Below are positions 1 to 15,000 of a stretch of 64,000 nucleotides of DNA, one piece after another. The notes beneath the pieces are model-generated. The model searched no databases. It had not been told where the DNA came from and worked only from the letters and a program-made list of their open reading frames with translations. The translations under genes were made by a program, and so were the position numbers. The stretch's first letter is position 1; each line of letters opens with the position of its first letter. Source of the stretch: Balanoglossus misakiensis (lineage: Eukaryota; Animalia; Hemichordata); contig CM082587.2 in assembly GCA_040954595.2 (NCBI GenBank), forward strand, positions 7,243,705-7,307,704, read 5' to 3'.

Positions 1-3000
1 GCAGTTGTCACCTTCGTATCCCGGGGCGCACACGCAGGTGTAGTTGTTGACTCGGTCGCGGCAGGCGGCGCCGAAGAGACAGGGCGTGGACGCGCACTCG
101 TCGATGTCGTTCTCGCAGTCGGTTCCGTCGTAACCGAGCCGGCACTCGCAGGCGTACAGATTCCACAAGTCCTCGCACGCCGCCCCGTTCCGGCACGGCG
201 ACGGGCTGCAGACCGGGTCGCCGTAGCAGCCGATGCCGACGCCCGCCGGCGAGGCGTAGAACTGCTCCGTGCTGTTGCTGCCCAGCGTCTCCTCGTCGAA
301 GAAGGGCAGGAGAAACTCGCCGACCCTGACCTCGTCCAAACATCCCTTGAAGTTGTTCTCGGAGGATACGCGCTCGCTCGCCCCGAACGCCGCCAGGTGG
401 ACGCGGTTGTCGGCGGCGATGAAGAAATCGCTGAGAGACAGCGACGCGGTCGTATCACTTCTACCCACCAGATTCCCATCCACGTGCAGCTCGACTGCAT
501 CGCTCTGGAATGCGATCTCAATCCGGTGCCAGCCCCCGTCACTCACAGTATCCGTGACAGCAACTTCCCCCACTCCGTTTCCAAGATCGAAACCAAACAC
601 CAGATTGCTGTTGTACATTTCCAGCGTCAGGTACTGACTCTGGTTGTTAGCCGAGTGCAGAATCAGCTGATCGGTGCCACGGGTTCTCAACTTCAGGAAG
701 ATAGATTCGATAATCGATGATCTGCTGATGCTATTGGTGTAGGTGACTCCACTGCTCTGTCCATCGAATGTTGCACTGGTCACACCTGGAATGGAAAATC
801 GACATCAAAATGTTTCAAACCAACACAATCAGTCATCCCATGCTCCAGTCCTTCCGATACAACCTGGTTTATTTTCAAACTAGCGTTTGACTGCCCATAG
901 AATGTTTTCCCCCAGTGCTGATCTGTTGTATTCTTGATAGATACAGTACAGATCAGAACTTATCAAAATCGGTCACCTCTGGGCAGCCCAAGGTAGGTAA
1001 ATTCACAGTCACAATTTAACCAACAGCAACAATTTCAGTTCATATCTGCATGAAAGATTACCTGAGGGCAAAAAGCACATGCTTATTATACTCCATCCTG
1101 ATAGAAACCCACATGAATGCTACTTACAATCAAAGCCATCCGGCCTGTCCACACACTGCGAGTCAAACGGACAGGTGATGATCTTGCAGAAAGCCAACAA
1201 GCCGCAGTCCTTGCCGCGGAAACCGTCCACACAGGCGCACTCGTAATCGTTCCAGGTGGTGTCGCAGGTGCTGTTGTTCTGGCAGGGGTTGTCCTCGTCG
1301 CACATGTCGTCGCTGATGCAGTTCTCCACCAGGCTGGCGTTGCCGACGGCGCGGTAGGAGTCTCGCGGCTGGTAGCCGGGGATGTCCAACGGGTACGCGT
1401 CCAACAGGTATCCGTTGTGGCGGACGTCCTGCACGCAGCCTTTGAAGTAGTCGCCAATGAGCGACAACGACGACGACGCAGACAACGCGCCGGAGTCCGG
1501 AACTCCGCCCAAATAAATGCTTACGAAGTCCACGCTAGCGCCGGTATCTGACGACGTCGCTGAGGTCATCACGGTATCGACGTTAACCCGCAGGGTTGCC
1601 TGCCCGCCGGCTTCTTCGTAATCCAGTCTCAAGTAGTGCAGAACACCGTCGGCCAGACTGCGCCCGAGGTTTGCAGAAAGCGGGCTCCCCGATCCGTAGT
1701 CGACGATCGCCTGCATTCTGCCGTTGAGCAACTGCAGGGCGACGTACTGGTTTCGGTTGGCGTTTGTCAGGAGGAACAGCAAGCCGTTTTGTCGCGTGGT
1801 GCGGAAGTTCAGCTCCACGTTCTGGCTGCTGGCACGCTGGCCTGACTCTGGTGGGACTTCGAACAACAGATAGCTGTTCTCGTGTTCAAAACTTAACGTG
1901 ATTGCTGTAAAATCTGAAATGAAACAAAATCAGACTTAAGCAACAAACAACATGCACCAGATGCCCTCATATGGATCATTTGGAAATGGTCCACTACAAA
2001 CCAATCAAAATCTCATTTTTTTTGTTCTAATATTACATAAATGATTGTCTCATCTTTTCATCCCTTTCTTCCTTAATATGGATCGAACCACCCAAGTGTA
2101 AACAATGTTGTTACACCAAACTACACTTTGCAGGGATGAAAGGGCAAGGCTAAGATGACCCCAATGACACCACCAGTGACAAATGGATCTTTGACAGCAT
2201 TTGAAGAAATGAAAAAAGGCAACCCTAACTTACTGTAGTTGCAGTTTGGTCCTGTGGACCCGTGGTAACAAAAGCATTGATAATCAATCCATCCATCCAC
2301 GCAGTCACCCTTTCCGGAGCAGGGATCCGGTCGGCACTGCTCGACGCGCGTACACCCACTGGTCACCGTGGTCTGGTCGGCCGGCAGAAGGTAGACATCC
2401 CCATTGATGACGTCCCGGGTGCACCCGACGAAGTTTCGCTGAGATCGGCTGTTCGACAGATAGCTGGCGAGGGTGGGGTCCACGCCTCCGACGAAGGTGG
2501 AGTCAAACTGTCTCTGCTGAGTCAACGGCACCCCGGAAATGTTAACGGTATCTTCGCACACTCCCGCGTCGCAACCGACGTCGTGAAGTCGTAACGTCAT
2601 CGCGTCGCCGGATATAATCACCTGGATGTGGTGCCAGTCGGCATCGTTCAGTTGATCCCCGAGTCCGTTCGTTTCGACGAAATCGACGTTCGTGCTGAAC
2701 CTGGCGTATACTCGGCCCTCGCTGAGCTCGACGATGAACGATCCGTACCTGTCGGGGTTTTCGCCGCTGTACAGCAGCACGCCCGAGGGCACCGTGGTTC
2801 GGAGGCCCAGTTTGAAGTCGACGCTGTCTTCGTTGTTGGTGGATGGGTCCTTCATGTAGGAGCCGCCGTCGTACGAGGCGGCCGTAGACACGCCGCAGTA
2901 GTAGCCCATGTAGCCGGGGAGACAGCTGCAGGTGTAGTTGTGAACGTCGCCCGTCTCGTCCTGCAGGAACGGCACGCATGCTGCGCCGTTCAGACACGAA

Positions 3001-6000
3001 TGGCCGCCGTCGCAGCCCGTCAGGAGCACAGAGCAACGAACGCCGCCGTAGTCGGGCGTGCACTGGCACTCGTACGCGTTGAACCTGTCCGTGCAGACCG
3101 CTCCGTTCTGGCACGGGTCCGAGAGACACTCGTCGATTTCGTCCTCGCAGTGTCTCCCCGTCCAGCCGGGAGTGCACAGACACTCGTAGCCGTTCGTCAG
3201 ATCCCGACACGCGCCGCTGTTCTGGCACGGCTGCGAGGCGCACTCGTCTATGTTCGTCTCGCAGTGGACCCCTTCGAACCCAGGCTGACACAGGCAGTAG
3301 TAACCGGCGGCCGACTCGTAGCTGAACGGGCCGTCAAAAATGCCGTTGTACAGGGTCTGATTGGAGCGCTGCAGGCACCAGGCGCCGTTCAGGCACGGCC
3401 CGACAGCACAGTCGTCGAAATCAATCTGACAGTCTTTTCCCAGGTAGCCTCGATAACACTGACACACATAATCCTTGACGCGGTCTTGGCACGTACCACC
3501 ATTCTGGCAGACTATGTTAACGCAGTCATCGATGTTGTTCTCACACAGGTCACCTTGGAAGCCAGTATCTGTACAGTCACACGAGAAACTGCAAAACAGA
3601 CAGAAAAGATTTTAGTCAGTTTGTCAGGAGTCAACTTTTTACTGTGGGCAGGGGAAGTATATGTGCCTAATCTAATCAATGCATTGGATATTGCTTGGTT
3701 ATACCCCATGGATAACTACAGATCAAGTTCAGTTCTGATGATGACAGCAATGTAACTGGCTATGACAGCCTGCATGAAAACTACATTTGTACAAATCTTC
3801 TCACAAATCATTTTCTTACATTTGGGCAATTTTACTGATAGTTTGGTAATAGTAATGGTAATAGGTTTATTTGCATTTTAAATCCTATGGCCCAAATACA
3901 ATTACTATTATCGAAGAAGCCACCCAAGCATCATGATAAAAGGTCCAAATTACCAAGCAACCGCACTTTACCTGTTAATGTTGTCTGTGCACAGCCCTCC
4001 GTTCTGACAGGGGTTACTATCACACTCATCAATTTCGAACTCACAGAATGTCCCATTGAATCCCGGCACACAGTGACACTGAAACTGGTTGATCTGATCC
4101 TCACACGTCGCGTTGTTCTGACACGGATCCGACGCGCACTCATCTACGTCGATCTCACACAGCGTGCCTTCAAAGCCCGCGGCGCAGTTGCACTTGTAGT
4201 TGCCGATTTCTTGCGAGCACGTGGCCCCGTTCAGGCACGGGTTGGACAGACACTCGTCGATATCGGCGCCGCAGTCGTCGCCGTAGAAACCCGGCAGACA
4301 GTAGCACTGGTAGCCGTTGAGTTTGTCGGCGCAGATGGCCTGGTTCTTGCACGGCGCGCTGGCGCAGTCGTCCGAGTCCACGTCGCAGTTCGCCCCCTCC
4401 CAGCCCTGCGAGCAGTTGCAGTAGTAACTCCCTACCATGTCGATACAGGTAGCGTCGTTCAGGCACGGCGAACTGGCGCACTCGTCCGTCTCCACGTTGC
4501 AGAGTGCCCCCTCGTAGCCGTTGGGGCAGCGACACTCGTAGTCATTGACCAGATCCCGGCACACCTGCCCGGTCCCGCACGCCGAGCGCACGCAGTCGTC
4601 GATGTTGACCTCGCAGTCGTCGCCCGTGAAGCCCATCACGCAGCGGCAGGTGTAGTCCGGCGAGGGCGCCGTGGTGTCGCACGTGGCCCCGTTCTGGCAC
4701 GGCGCCAGGGCGGTGCACACGTCGTACTGTTCTTCGCACGTCTCGCCCATCCACAAAGAAGGACAATCACAGATGAACTGGTTCATCCCGTCAATGCAGG
4801 TGCCGCCATTTTGACACGGACTCCCTTCACACTCATCAACATCTGTTTCACAATTTATGCCTGCAATGGACAAAAAAAAACATTCAATTTCTCATTGAAG
4901 CTGTAAGAAAATTAATGTCTGCAACTGACATGGTGGATTCAATCAATTTTGTAAAAATCATTTTAAACCATTTGACAGTGTGCTTCTATTGAACTAACGG
5001 CAGGACTCCTCAAATCACTGAAAAATTTCTCTAAGTGTTACCAACACTTTCCTAACTATACCAGCTTCACTGCACAAATTGTCTGACAGCCTGACCAACT
5101 CACCTTCAAAGCCCGCCGGACAGGTACAGGTGTAGGCTGCCACCTTATCCCGGCACGTGCCGCCGTTCCGACACGGATTCGACTCGCACTCGTCGATATT
5201 CAGCCGGCACCGCTCGTCTTCGTATCCGGGCCGACAGACGCAACTGAAGCCGTTGACCTCGTCCACGCAGGTGCCGTTGTTGTAACAGGGCACTGCGGTG
5301 GTTTCGCACTCGTTGATGTCCGTCTCGCAGTTCGAGCCCTCGTATCCCGGCTGGCAGGTGCACTGGTAGGCGTTGAGTTTATCCCGACAGACGCCGCCGT
5401 TCTGACACGGGTTGGAGGAACACTCGTCCAGTTCGCCGTCGCAGTCGACGCCCTCGTAGCCTGGCTGACACTCACAAATGTACCTAAAACAATAACAACA
5501 GTGACCACAATCAAAAAACATCAGTTCAGCGCAAACCAACTTTTCTTCCGAGGAAAGTGCAACTATTTCTCAAACTTCTGAAAATCGGTGTAATGCAATC
5601 AATTATCACCTTAACTCTAGGTCTCTAAATGAATTATTGTGGATTAATCACACCGACTCCAAAATTCATTTTCAATTCTGATTATGATATGTACATGTAC
5701 AGTCAAACCTCAGCAAGCATCTGATGCCCATGTATCATGCACACAGTCGCATTTAAATTAATACTGGTGAGTTGACAAAAAAATTAGAGAAATCTGCCAG
5801 GAAAATAGTATTTGGTCAAGTAAAGTATTCCCCCACTTCCATTTTACAAAGGGCAGTTCAGTGTTTAAAAATACACTACAAGTCTGCAAAAACAAAAAAA
5901 AGAACCATCTCCAGAACATTTACATGTTACTTACATGTTATCCCTATTTTGACAATTGGCTCCATTCTTGCAAGGTGATGAGAGACACTCGTCGATGTCT

Positions 6001-9000
6001 ATACAGTTTGCACCATCATCTGTCAAGGAGAAAAATTATGTCATATTTTTGATGCCCAAAAAGCATAATACCGGTACTCACTGCCGACATCTTGACAAAC
6101 AACTCACCTTCAGTGCCAGGAGGACAAACACAGGCATAGCTATTGACTCCATCTTCACAGATGTAAGGAGAATTACAGGGATTACCCGCACACTCATCTA
6201 TGTTCTCTTGGCAGTTTATACCTGATGAAATAAAAACATGAAAATCATACACGTGAGTCCGAGAAACCCACTGTACATATGATCCAAGACACAAATATGT
6301 CAAATCTCAAAATATCAGACTTCTACAGTGGCAGCATGTTGGAAAAGTGTGCTTGATTTGCGATGTTACATGTACAGCACACATGCCACAGTCACTTTGC
6401 CATAAGCTAACTACCTTAATGTGTTTTGTATTCTTGATCAGTACATATTATAATACCAAGGAATATGTCGCTACATTACAAGATATTGTACTTGCTGACT
6501 TAAGTAATTTAGTGTTCAGCAAGCTATATTCAGCATTAGTTAGCATGGTTTTTTTAATTTACAATCCTTAGATGTGGGAGAAATGTGTGAATTTCACAGA
6601 TTTCCGCCCCATTTCCTGAAAGTGCAAATTTGCTGAATACAAGTATACAGTTTCAGGGGAGCCTGCTGAGATAAATACCACACCCTTTGTATACCGATAC
6701 ACACCACCAACCTCTGCCAGATTTTGTGCATGAAAATATCATTTGGTGTTTCTGAATTACTTTTAATACAGTGCTGACTGTGACAAACGGAAACTAAACC
6801 CCGACCACTTTCCAGACATATTACTTCACACATCATGTACAACTGCAGGGAAGCAATGTCTATACATGTACATGCATATCCCCCCCCCCCCCCCTAGTGT
6901 TTGACCCTCGGATGATTTACACTTCAGCTAATGCACCATGCTCAAAACACAGATTCCTTACTCAACTCTTTACAGTATTTTTAGACTGGCCTCGGCTGAG
7001 CTAACCCGAGAACGGTGATCAGATTACTCAAACAGAGTATGTTCTCTGTAATTAACTTCTGAGTTATGTGTTACAACGATGATCAAACATATGCTGAGGT
7101 TTGTTATACTGCTAGCAGGACCTGAAACCCTCAGGCTAGCTATCCAATGTAACAGCAATATTTATTTTGTGCAAATTACAAACTAATAGTGTTTATTGTT
7201 TTACAATAGGGCTTCAATTCAAGCCAGGCTTGAAATTTGTTTTTTATTGAGATCCGAGAGCAGGTCTCAGTGGGGTTGTGGTGTCCATGCAGTAAAGTGT
7301 GAAATTGAAGTTTGAGTTACATCAGGGGCACTTGGGTCAAATCCATGGTATACAGGCTGATCCACATGTATGTTCGGCCAAGCCTAGCCCTGGAATCATT
7401 AGCACAACATGGGACTGACTGTTTTTTATGTTCACATTCTTGTGACACACTCAAATGACAATTTCAAATTTCAACTATCTCTGCACCCAGCTCGACAGCC
7501 AAATATTTTTTGAGTGAAAAGACGGACACATCTCTACTCGAATTTTAATCAGATTGGTTCCTCTGTATATCCTCTAAGAGTCGACATTCCCATTCCCCGC
7601 ACAACCTAGTTTGAAAACTGAAACCACTTTGGTGATTTACACATCTAGTCATTCGTTCAATTTTGCCATTTTTCAAATATCTGAGGAGCTGTGTCGCGTT
7701 ATTTTGGAAGAAAATGACACTTCGACTGGTTAAATTCAAATACCCCGGTTTCTACTTCCCAGCAAAAATGTGACAATGTCTGCCATTCTTGCAGACCAAT
7801 AATTAGAGCTGATGGCAAACCCTGCTGGGGTATGTCAGCAATTCCATTCAATGGCGTCAGACTCGTATATCAAGATTTCTTGTAAATCAAAATGGAAAGT
7901 TCAAAAGATGTCTACTGGTACCGGTAATGAGATAAAATTCACATTTGTTCATTTAATATCCAAGTGATCATTGGGCTTAAAAATGAAATGACATTAGACA
8001 AGGCGTGAAGTATAGCAGTTGCATCTCAACAAATGAAATTTTAACTGTGCAAATCACCCATAATTTTTACCTGTTTTTAAAGGGCCATCAGTAGTACCTT
8101 TTGGCTATTTTGTGTCAGTATTTTTTGTAGTAATTTGTGTGACAGTGTATTACATAGTTGTTCAGTTATTTGTCTTGGATAAAGTTTTCTGCCTTTATTC
8201 AATTATTCATCAATGTTGACAACTATTAGCCTGATCAATACTTTCACCCTTACTCCAGGTACTGCCTGCTGTGACAAAACATTATTTCAGGCAGCCGGGA
8301 ACTTTTCAAGAGTATCAGACTCATCCCACACTTTTATGTACAAGTGCGGTCACATCATTAGCATGTCTAAGGATGTGGTGTATTGATCATCTTTACACAG
8401 AGCACAATGACTGTACGTGTCAATGACTGAATACAGAAGTACTCAAAAGTTTACACCATTTCCCTCCAATCTCTATTTTTAGACTCACGGTCCCTTTGCT
8501 GAAAAGTCAACATTGATTTGATTACTCCCCGAGTTATGTTTATTACAGGTTGTACACAGAGTTGTTTGACAAGGGAGAAGTCTTTCATATATTGATTGAC
8601 TCTTTTTTGAGCTTTTGCCTTGTACTGGTAACAATGAATGTTTTGCCCGGAGGCTGGTTGTTGTCGTTACATTAATACCCCCACCAGTCACGAGGTTTAC
8701 CGACTCGGAGACGCTTTAGTCGGGAATATGTCGATATCTAGTCTGGACTTTATCTGCTGGACTTTCAGAAGAACTGACTAAGACTTAACATTGTTGCTGT
8801 TTATCGATTCAAACCTGTTGGATTATGTCTCAAGTCTTAACAAATTGCATCATGACACATCGGCAAAACCACCTTCTTATACTGCTAACAGATTACTGCA
8901 ACAATGAATAATCTGTCCATGATTTGTAAATGGTGTTCATTCAACAATCAGGCCAGTCATGAAGATTGTGCACTTTTTTCGTGTAAAGCACAAACTTCTC

Positions 9001-12000
9001 TGTCCGGGCATTACATGATAATATACACATGTATTTGCAATACTACACCACTTCTTTTGTCTTGATCTAGTCACTCCCGCAGAGGAGAGACCGTGTAACA
9101 GACTGGAGCCGTGCTGAGCCTTTTTCCAATCAAGGAAAGCTGACTGTTTCACTTGTAGGGCCTCTTCCAATGTTCTCAGGGAAGGATGAAAAAGGTTTCC
9201 CTGCTAGGGAAGAACTAGAACTGGCCGAGCGTAAGTTACAAGTCTGCACTTCTTGTCTCCACCAATAAAAGACAGAATGGGTACTTTGCAGGAGAGGAAC
9301 CAAACCAAACTCTTTCCTACTGTCTACGATCAAACTAAACATATCTGTCTTTCATGACCCAGCAATGAATAGGTTTCTAATTATGTAATTGAGTCACTGA
9401 GAAACAAAGGTACCCTTGTATTATTTATAGCTTATTAATTTTTTTGCTGGGCCGACAGCTGTTGTAAATAATGAAATGTTGACAAACAGTCACTCAGTAT
9501 CTGCTTGTTGTGAGCAAGTGTACTGTTGTAAACTGTGTAAACATTTCAGACTTGTGAAATATTCCAGTTTCAACTTTTATTGCTGGAAGGTTTCACAGGC
9601 CCGTCGTATATAAAATGGTCAACTTGAGATCGGAATGTCTGTTTATTTCCACGTTTTGGTGTTAAGCTGCCATCAACAGAATGCGATAAACTGCCACTGG
9701 GACATTGGTCGACTAAATGTGGAATATTCCCCAGAGAACCAGTACTTGTACTTTCGTGTTGCCTGAGTTCTGAGTAAACTACCTTACTGACGGCCTCATA
9801 GGTTGTTCGGGAACAAAATGGTGGGTCAGTCCAGAGCTCTGTCTTCTTTAATACAGCGTTATCCCAACTGTAAACAACTGTGTCTGCATGTCATGTGTCG
9901 ACAGAAAATCTGCCTTTGTTATTACTCGGACACATACTGATGCATATTCTAGGGCACCGTCGCGCAGGGAGGCAGAATAGAGTCACTTGAACTCAAGGGT
10001 CACAAACTGTCATTGGATTGATAGAGGATGTGTATGGGGGATACAAGGGGAAGCACTTGGCAATGATTCTGGCTACTGCTGATTCAACGGCTTCCTTCCC
10101 TCAATGTAATCCCATGTCTGGGGTCTGCCACTGAGTTTCCCAGATCAGAAAACAATGGCTGCAACTGGAGTGCCAAGGACACAAAGACTGCATTCGCATG
10201 CAAATTGCAGCTGAACAGAAACCCGACAAACCCAAGCATTGATCCACCCGGGTGTGTAGTGTCTGAGTACACACAAAATTTACACATGACCTTATAACGG
10301 GCAAGCAGAGGCCACACAATAAACTGCAAAACAATCTGTAACCTTACCTTGTGCGAGTAAACATGATACAGCAATGAAAAAGATCACTTCTACTGAAAAT
10401 TTCCGCTTTGCTGTCGGTGACATCCTGTATTGGTTTGGTACACACCAACTTGTACAGTCACTGAGAACTGAGTTTTTCTTGAAACAGGGTCTGTTTATGT
10501 GATGGTAATCAGGCAGACATAATAACCATGCTTTCTTGGTGTACACAAGATGTTGTTTTTTCTCTCTCTCTCAGGACATAGACTGAATCCCCAGGAATAC
10601 CATCCGAATGTCACAAATTGTCACATCGGGGAGACATCAACTGACTGCCAGTATTACTCCACAGTCCTCAATGACAGATTCAGTTACCACTAAAACATGC
10701 TAAATGAAATACCAGGCTGACTTCCTGTGGAACAAACTATTCTCTCCCAGGGGTGGGATGGGATGAACAAGGGAAAGTGCCCTCGGGTCCTATCACAATG
10801 GTCGAGAACCACAACACACACCCGTTACTTTGGGAATTGCCGAAATATTTCAAACTAGGAGTGTTTTGTCATCCATGTGAAGGTCACTAAAACATTAAAA
10901 AGACCGAGGTTAGGTGTAGTGTTTGGAGAGAACTTTTCAACTACGACACTGACCTAAACCAGCTGGTATTGTCTGACAGACAATGGGATGGTCCCCTTGA
11001 CAGACAATCACCATTATCTATTCTTATTGGCATTCCTGTTTATGGTGTTGGAATTCCCAGTCTGCTGGAGAGGTGTGAATCACCCACTCAGGTACTCATC
11101 TATTGTTTTCTCTCAGCTTGTAATCATCACTTCCTCAAGAGCTGGAGAGGTGGCTTGGCTTTGGCAAAAAATTCCAGCAATTGTTTATAAATGACTGTGT
11201 GAAACTCTTCTTGTACACATTATGAAATTCCATTGTTGTCCGGGACACGCATGGCCTGAAGCTGCAACAAGAAAGGCCCGAACTTTTGTCCACAATAGTT
11301 CTTGTTGGAACATGTGTCATGGTGTGTCACAATGTTATTTGTGGAGTGGCTGTGATGATATTTACAACATGGGCTTTCTTGGACTGGATGTGGACAAAGA
11401 AATCAATAAGATTTGGTCAAGTTTTTTGAAAGATGTAATTGTCTCAATCATGAAATGATTTTGTAAAAAATAACTTTCAATACATTTTTAGGGAAACTGT
11501 CAAGAATGTTATTTCAATAAGCTTACTCAGTGATCCTAGATATCAGTTTAACTTTACTCTACCCACTATCAGTTTCAAACCAGAGTACAGTTACACATCT
11601 ACATTCTTCTATGTCATCCTCATACACACTCAAAGCACACAACCACAGCGTATGTTTTCTGCTGTGTTTACTCAAGTTCTCAAATAAAATAATATTTCAG
11701 ATTTTCATATACCTGTTTTTTGGGGGGAAGGGGGTGTTTTAAAAAAATATGATGGTATTTTTAAACGAGGAATTTAATTAACTACGTCTTATCAATCTAC
11801 ATGGTTTGATGTACCAGTAGAGTTGACTGACCCTTGCAGTGACATTTGAAACCAACTGAGTGAGTTTATAGATGCATTAATATATTAGGTTATCTGCTAT
11901 ATGGCTGATCATGGCATGAAAGGGAAAACTAGCCTATCAAATCAAGAAAATGAGTGATACAATATCACCATATTTTGCAGCTTCCAAAAGTTCTAGTTGT

Positions 12001-15000
12001 ATGAAAAAGAAACATGTCAAAGACTCAATGCATGTTAAAAAAAATTGGTAAAATACTGAGCAAAGATTGAAAATTCAACTTATTTAGGGAACCATCTTTT
12101 CAAAATTACCAAACAGACATTATCAAAGTACAAATTTGGATGAGGCACACGAAGACTGACTTGAGCCTGCAGTCTTTCCTTTTATCTATTATACTCCGAC
12201 AATCCAAAGACTACATGTCCGAGCTGGTATGAGTTGCCAAAGGCTGAATTGGGATCAGTAATAAAAATCAGGAGATCAGAAATGATTATCCTGTGACGAT
12301 CAAATAACTGGCAAACTAGAGTTTCATTTGACTTTTTTTAAAGATTAATCATAAAGCCTGTAACAGGTGTGTTTGACAGAAGCGTGGCACGATGATACGG
12401 TCACATGATACCCGACACGGCCATAATGTGCCGTATATGCCGCTCTGAGGTCCGGTGGTATTATTTTATCTTCTTTTAATTGAGTGTGGAATTTCTGTCT
12501 CAGGGATTTGCAGTTATTTTTATGAAGAGTGCCAGACTTTGACGGCCACACATACTGAGCTGAAGTCTTGTAGTCTAGTATCTAGCTGTATTTTGTGCGC
12601 TTTGAATCAAAGCAGCCAAAATACGGCTAGATACTAGATTCAAGTTTTGCGACCGCTACAAAGTTTTATGCAGACAAGGGGCTTAGACCGGTAGATGTTG
12701 ACCGAAGGAAAGATTAATTGCACAGACAGATGCAGAGACTTACTGACAGATTTGTGCAAACAGACAAACTGTCATGGAGAATCAATTTAAAGCATACTAG
12801 TACATGTATGCGCTTTCGGGAAAAATATTTGTAAAAATATTGTATTTCCAAAGCTGTCTCAACGGGGCAAATTAATTGCACAAAAGCGAAATTCTTTTCA
12901 GGTCTCCTGAGATACTTGTTTTCCTTAATAATTTCATGGGGAATTTACATGTGCTTTTTATACATATGACTGTTTTATTTGTATGGACTTTGAAAGTTCA
13001 ACAAGGGATGTGTTATATCACATACTAGACTCAGTTTTAAATATATTCTTCTGATTTCAGTTTCACAAAATCACATCACACCACAGTCTGGTCTGCTAAA
13101 CCCCAGGTTATGTGGCCTTGCAGCTGAACTACAGCCCAACAAAGTTAAATGATCTTGTTGGAATTTGAACAAGGCAAGGTTGTCTATAGCTAATATCAAC
13201 AAAGGCAAAGACATTTTTTACTATGAGTCAAACTGGATTCCCTCAATGCAGGCATCCAAATGGTGGGTGACATGATTACACATGTATGTTGCCAGACTCA
13301 TCCAGACTTGAATAGGTCTGGGATTTCTGACTGTAACACTGTGACTGTGCCTTAATTTGATGAACCAGACTGAGCAGGAATTTGCACCTGCAAGTTGAAG
13401 ATGCCCCCAGCATCAGTGCAAGTCTGACAATTGTTTCATTTTCAATTCATCAATTGCGAGTACAGACACTTGCCACAATCAGAATCATGAGAATGACAGT
13501 ATGTTCAACTTCAAAGTCCAGAAAAGGCACAAGTGATTATTATTGTGTCAAGTTCAACTAATGTGACCTTGTTTTGTCACTTGAACATTTTCCCTGACAC
13601 ACCGACATTGAACAAAAGTCATGTGATGAAAGTAGACAAGAGACCATTCCTTAATAACAAATTCTGAGGTCAGTTATCAAGTTGGTATGTTATCATTGTC
13701 CTTCATCACAGTGCCCTTCATTCTTATGCTAAAATTGCCTTTTTTATATACTGCAAGTTTTTTACCTTTTAACATAAGGCTAAATAATTGATGCCAACCG
13801 TAAATGTTTCTCACCTGTGAAGCCTGGTGCGCAGTCGCAGGCATAATTCTCCCCGCCCGTACAAACTCCACCGTTGGCACACGGCGACGACATGCAGGGG
13901 TCCAACTCTTGATCGCAATTTTTGCCGTCAAATCCGGACATACACTGGCAGCTGTAGTCGCCGTAGGTATTGAAACACAATGCGCCGTTCCGACAGGGCT
14001 GGAAGCGGACACACTCGTCGACGTCCGTTTCGCAGTGGCTGCCCTCGTAGCCTGTGTCTGTGCAGTCGCAGGTGTAGGTGTCGACGCTGTCCGAGCAAAT
14101 CCCGTTGTTCTGACATGGACGGCTCAAACATTCATTGATGTTGATTTCACAGCGGATTCCCGCAAAACCTGCCGTAAATATCCACAAGGACAAAATAACC
14201 AAACGTTACTGTAAAATATAGTACCGGGTACATCTGGTATCTGTGTTTTTCCTGAAGGGGATACGACATACCACTACATGTAGTACTACTATCCAATTAA
14301 CAATACATTCTTGAAGTAACTTGTGGTGTTATGTACTGGATAACTAAAAGAAGTTATATCAGGATCTGCAATTGATCAAAAGCTCTTATTGATCTGGTTC
14401 ATTAGATATACACTTTGTAGAAATCTTTATTTCTCTCAACATTTTGTTGGTCTTTGCTATTACTAGTCTAGCAATTGAAAGAGGTTTTCTGGGAGTGAAG
14501 ATCTTGGGATAAAATACCATAAGAAATGCTTGTATTTTAGTGACAGAAAGTTGGTTATCCCAGTGACACAGCATAGGTCTTTCTTCTATGCTTGAATATT
14601 TCAATTCACATTCTTTTTTCAAGTCAAGTGTAAGAAGCATACTGATGAGATGAGGGCGCCCTCAAAAGATGGTATATATATCACTTTTGTTTTTAAAGTT
14701 TCATTTGAGAAACACATGTACCTGGTACATGTACCTGTAATTCACGTTTTGACTTTACTGAACTGCAAATTGTTGAGTAACTCTCACCATCCTCACTGAA
14801 GTGACAGGTTCCTGTATACACGTACTGTGACAACAAAACGACGAGACAGAAAATCAAAATAACAGTATGCGTACTTAGCCTTTTGAAGACCATTTCCTCA
14901 CCTTTTTGACAAGTACACTGAAAGCCATCATGGAAGGTGTTGTTCCTGCATATTCCGTTATTCTGACACGGATCCGAAGAGCAGTAATCAATGTCGGAAT

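Noticed and set aside
269-4906. Long plus-strand and alternative-frame ORFs (e.g. 2628-3755, 3887-4906)
   Set aside because: Antisense shadows of GC3-rich crumbs exons with no domain-like sequence. The same applies to 23228-23761 and 56898-57344.
6222-13814. Decayed LINE or nested gene in the large crumbs intron
   Set aside because: No RT, endonuclease or other recognisable motifs in any listed ORF; only the 10348-10423 exon candidate has coherent signals.
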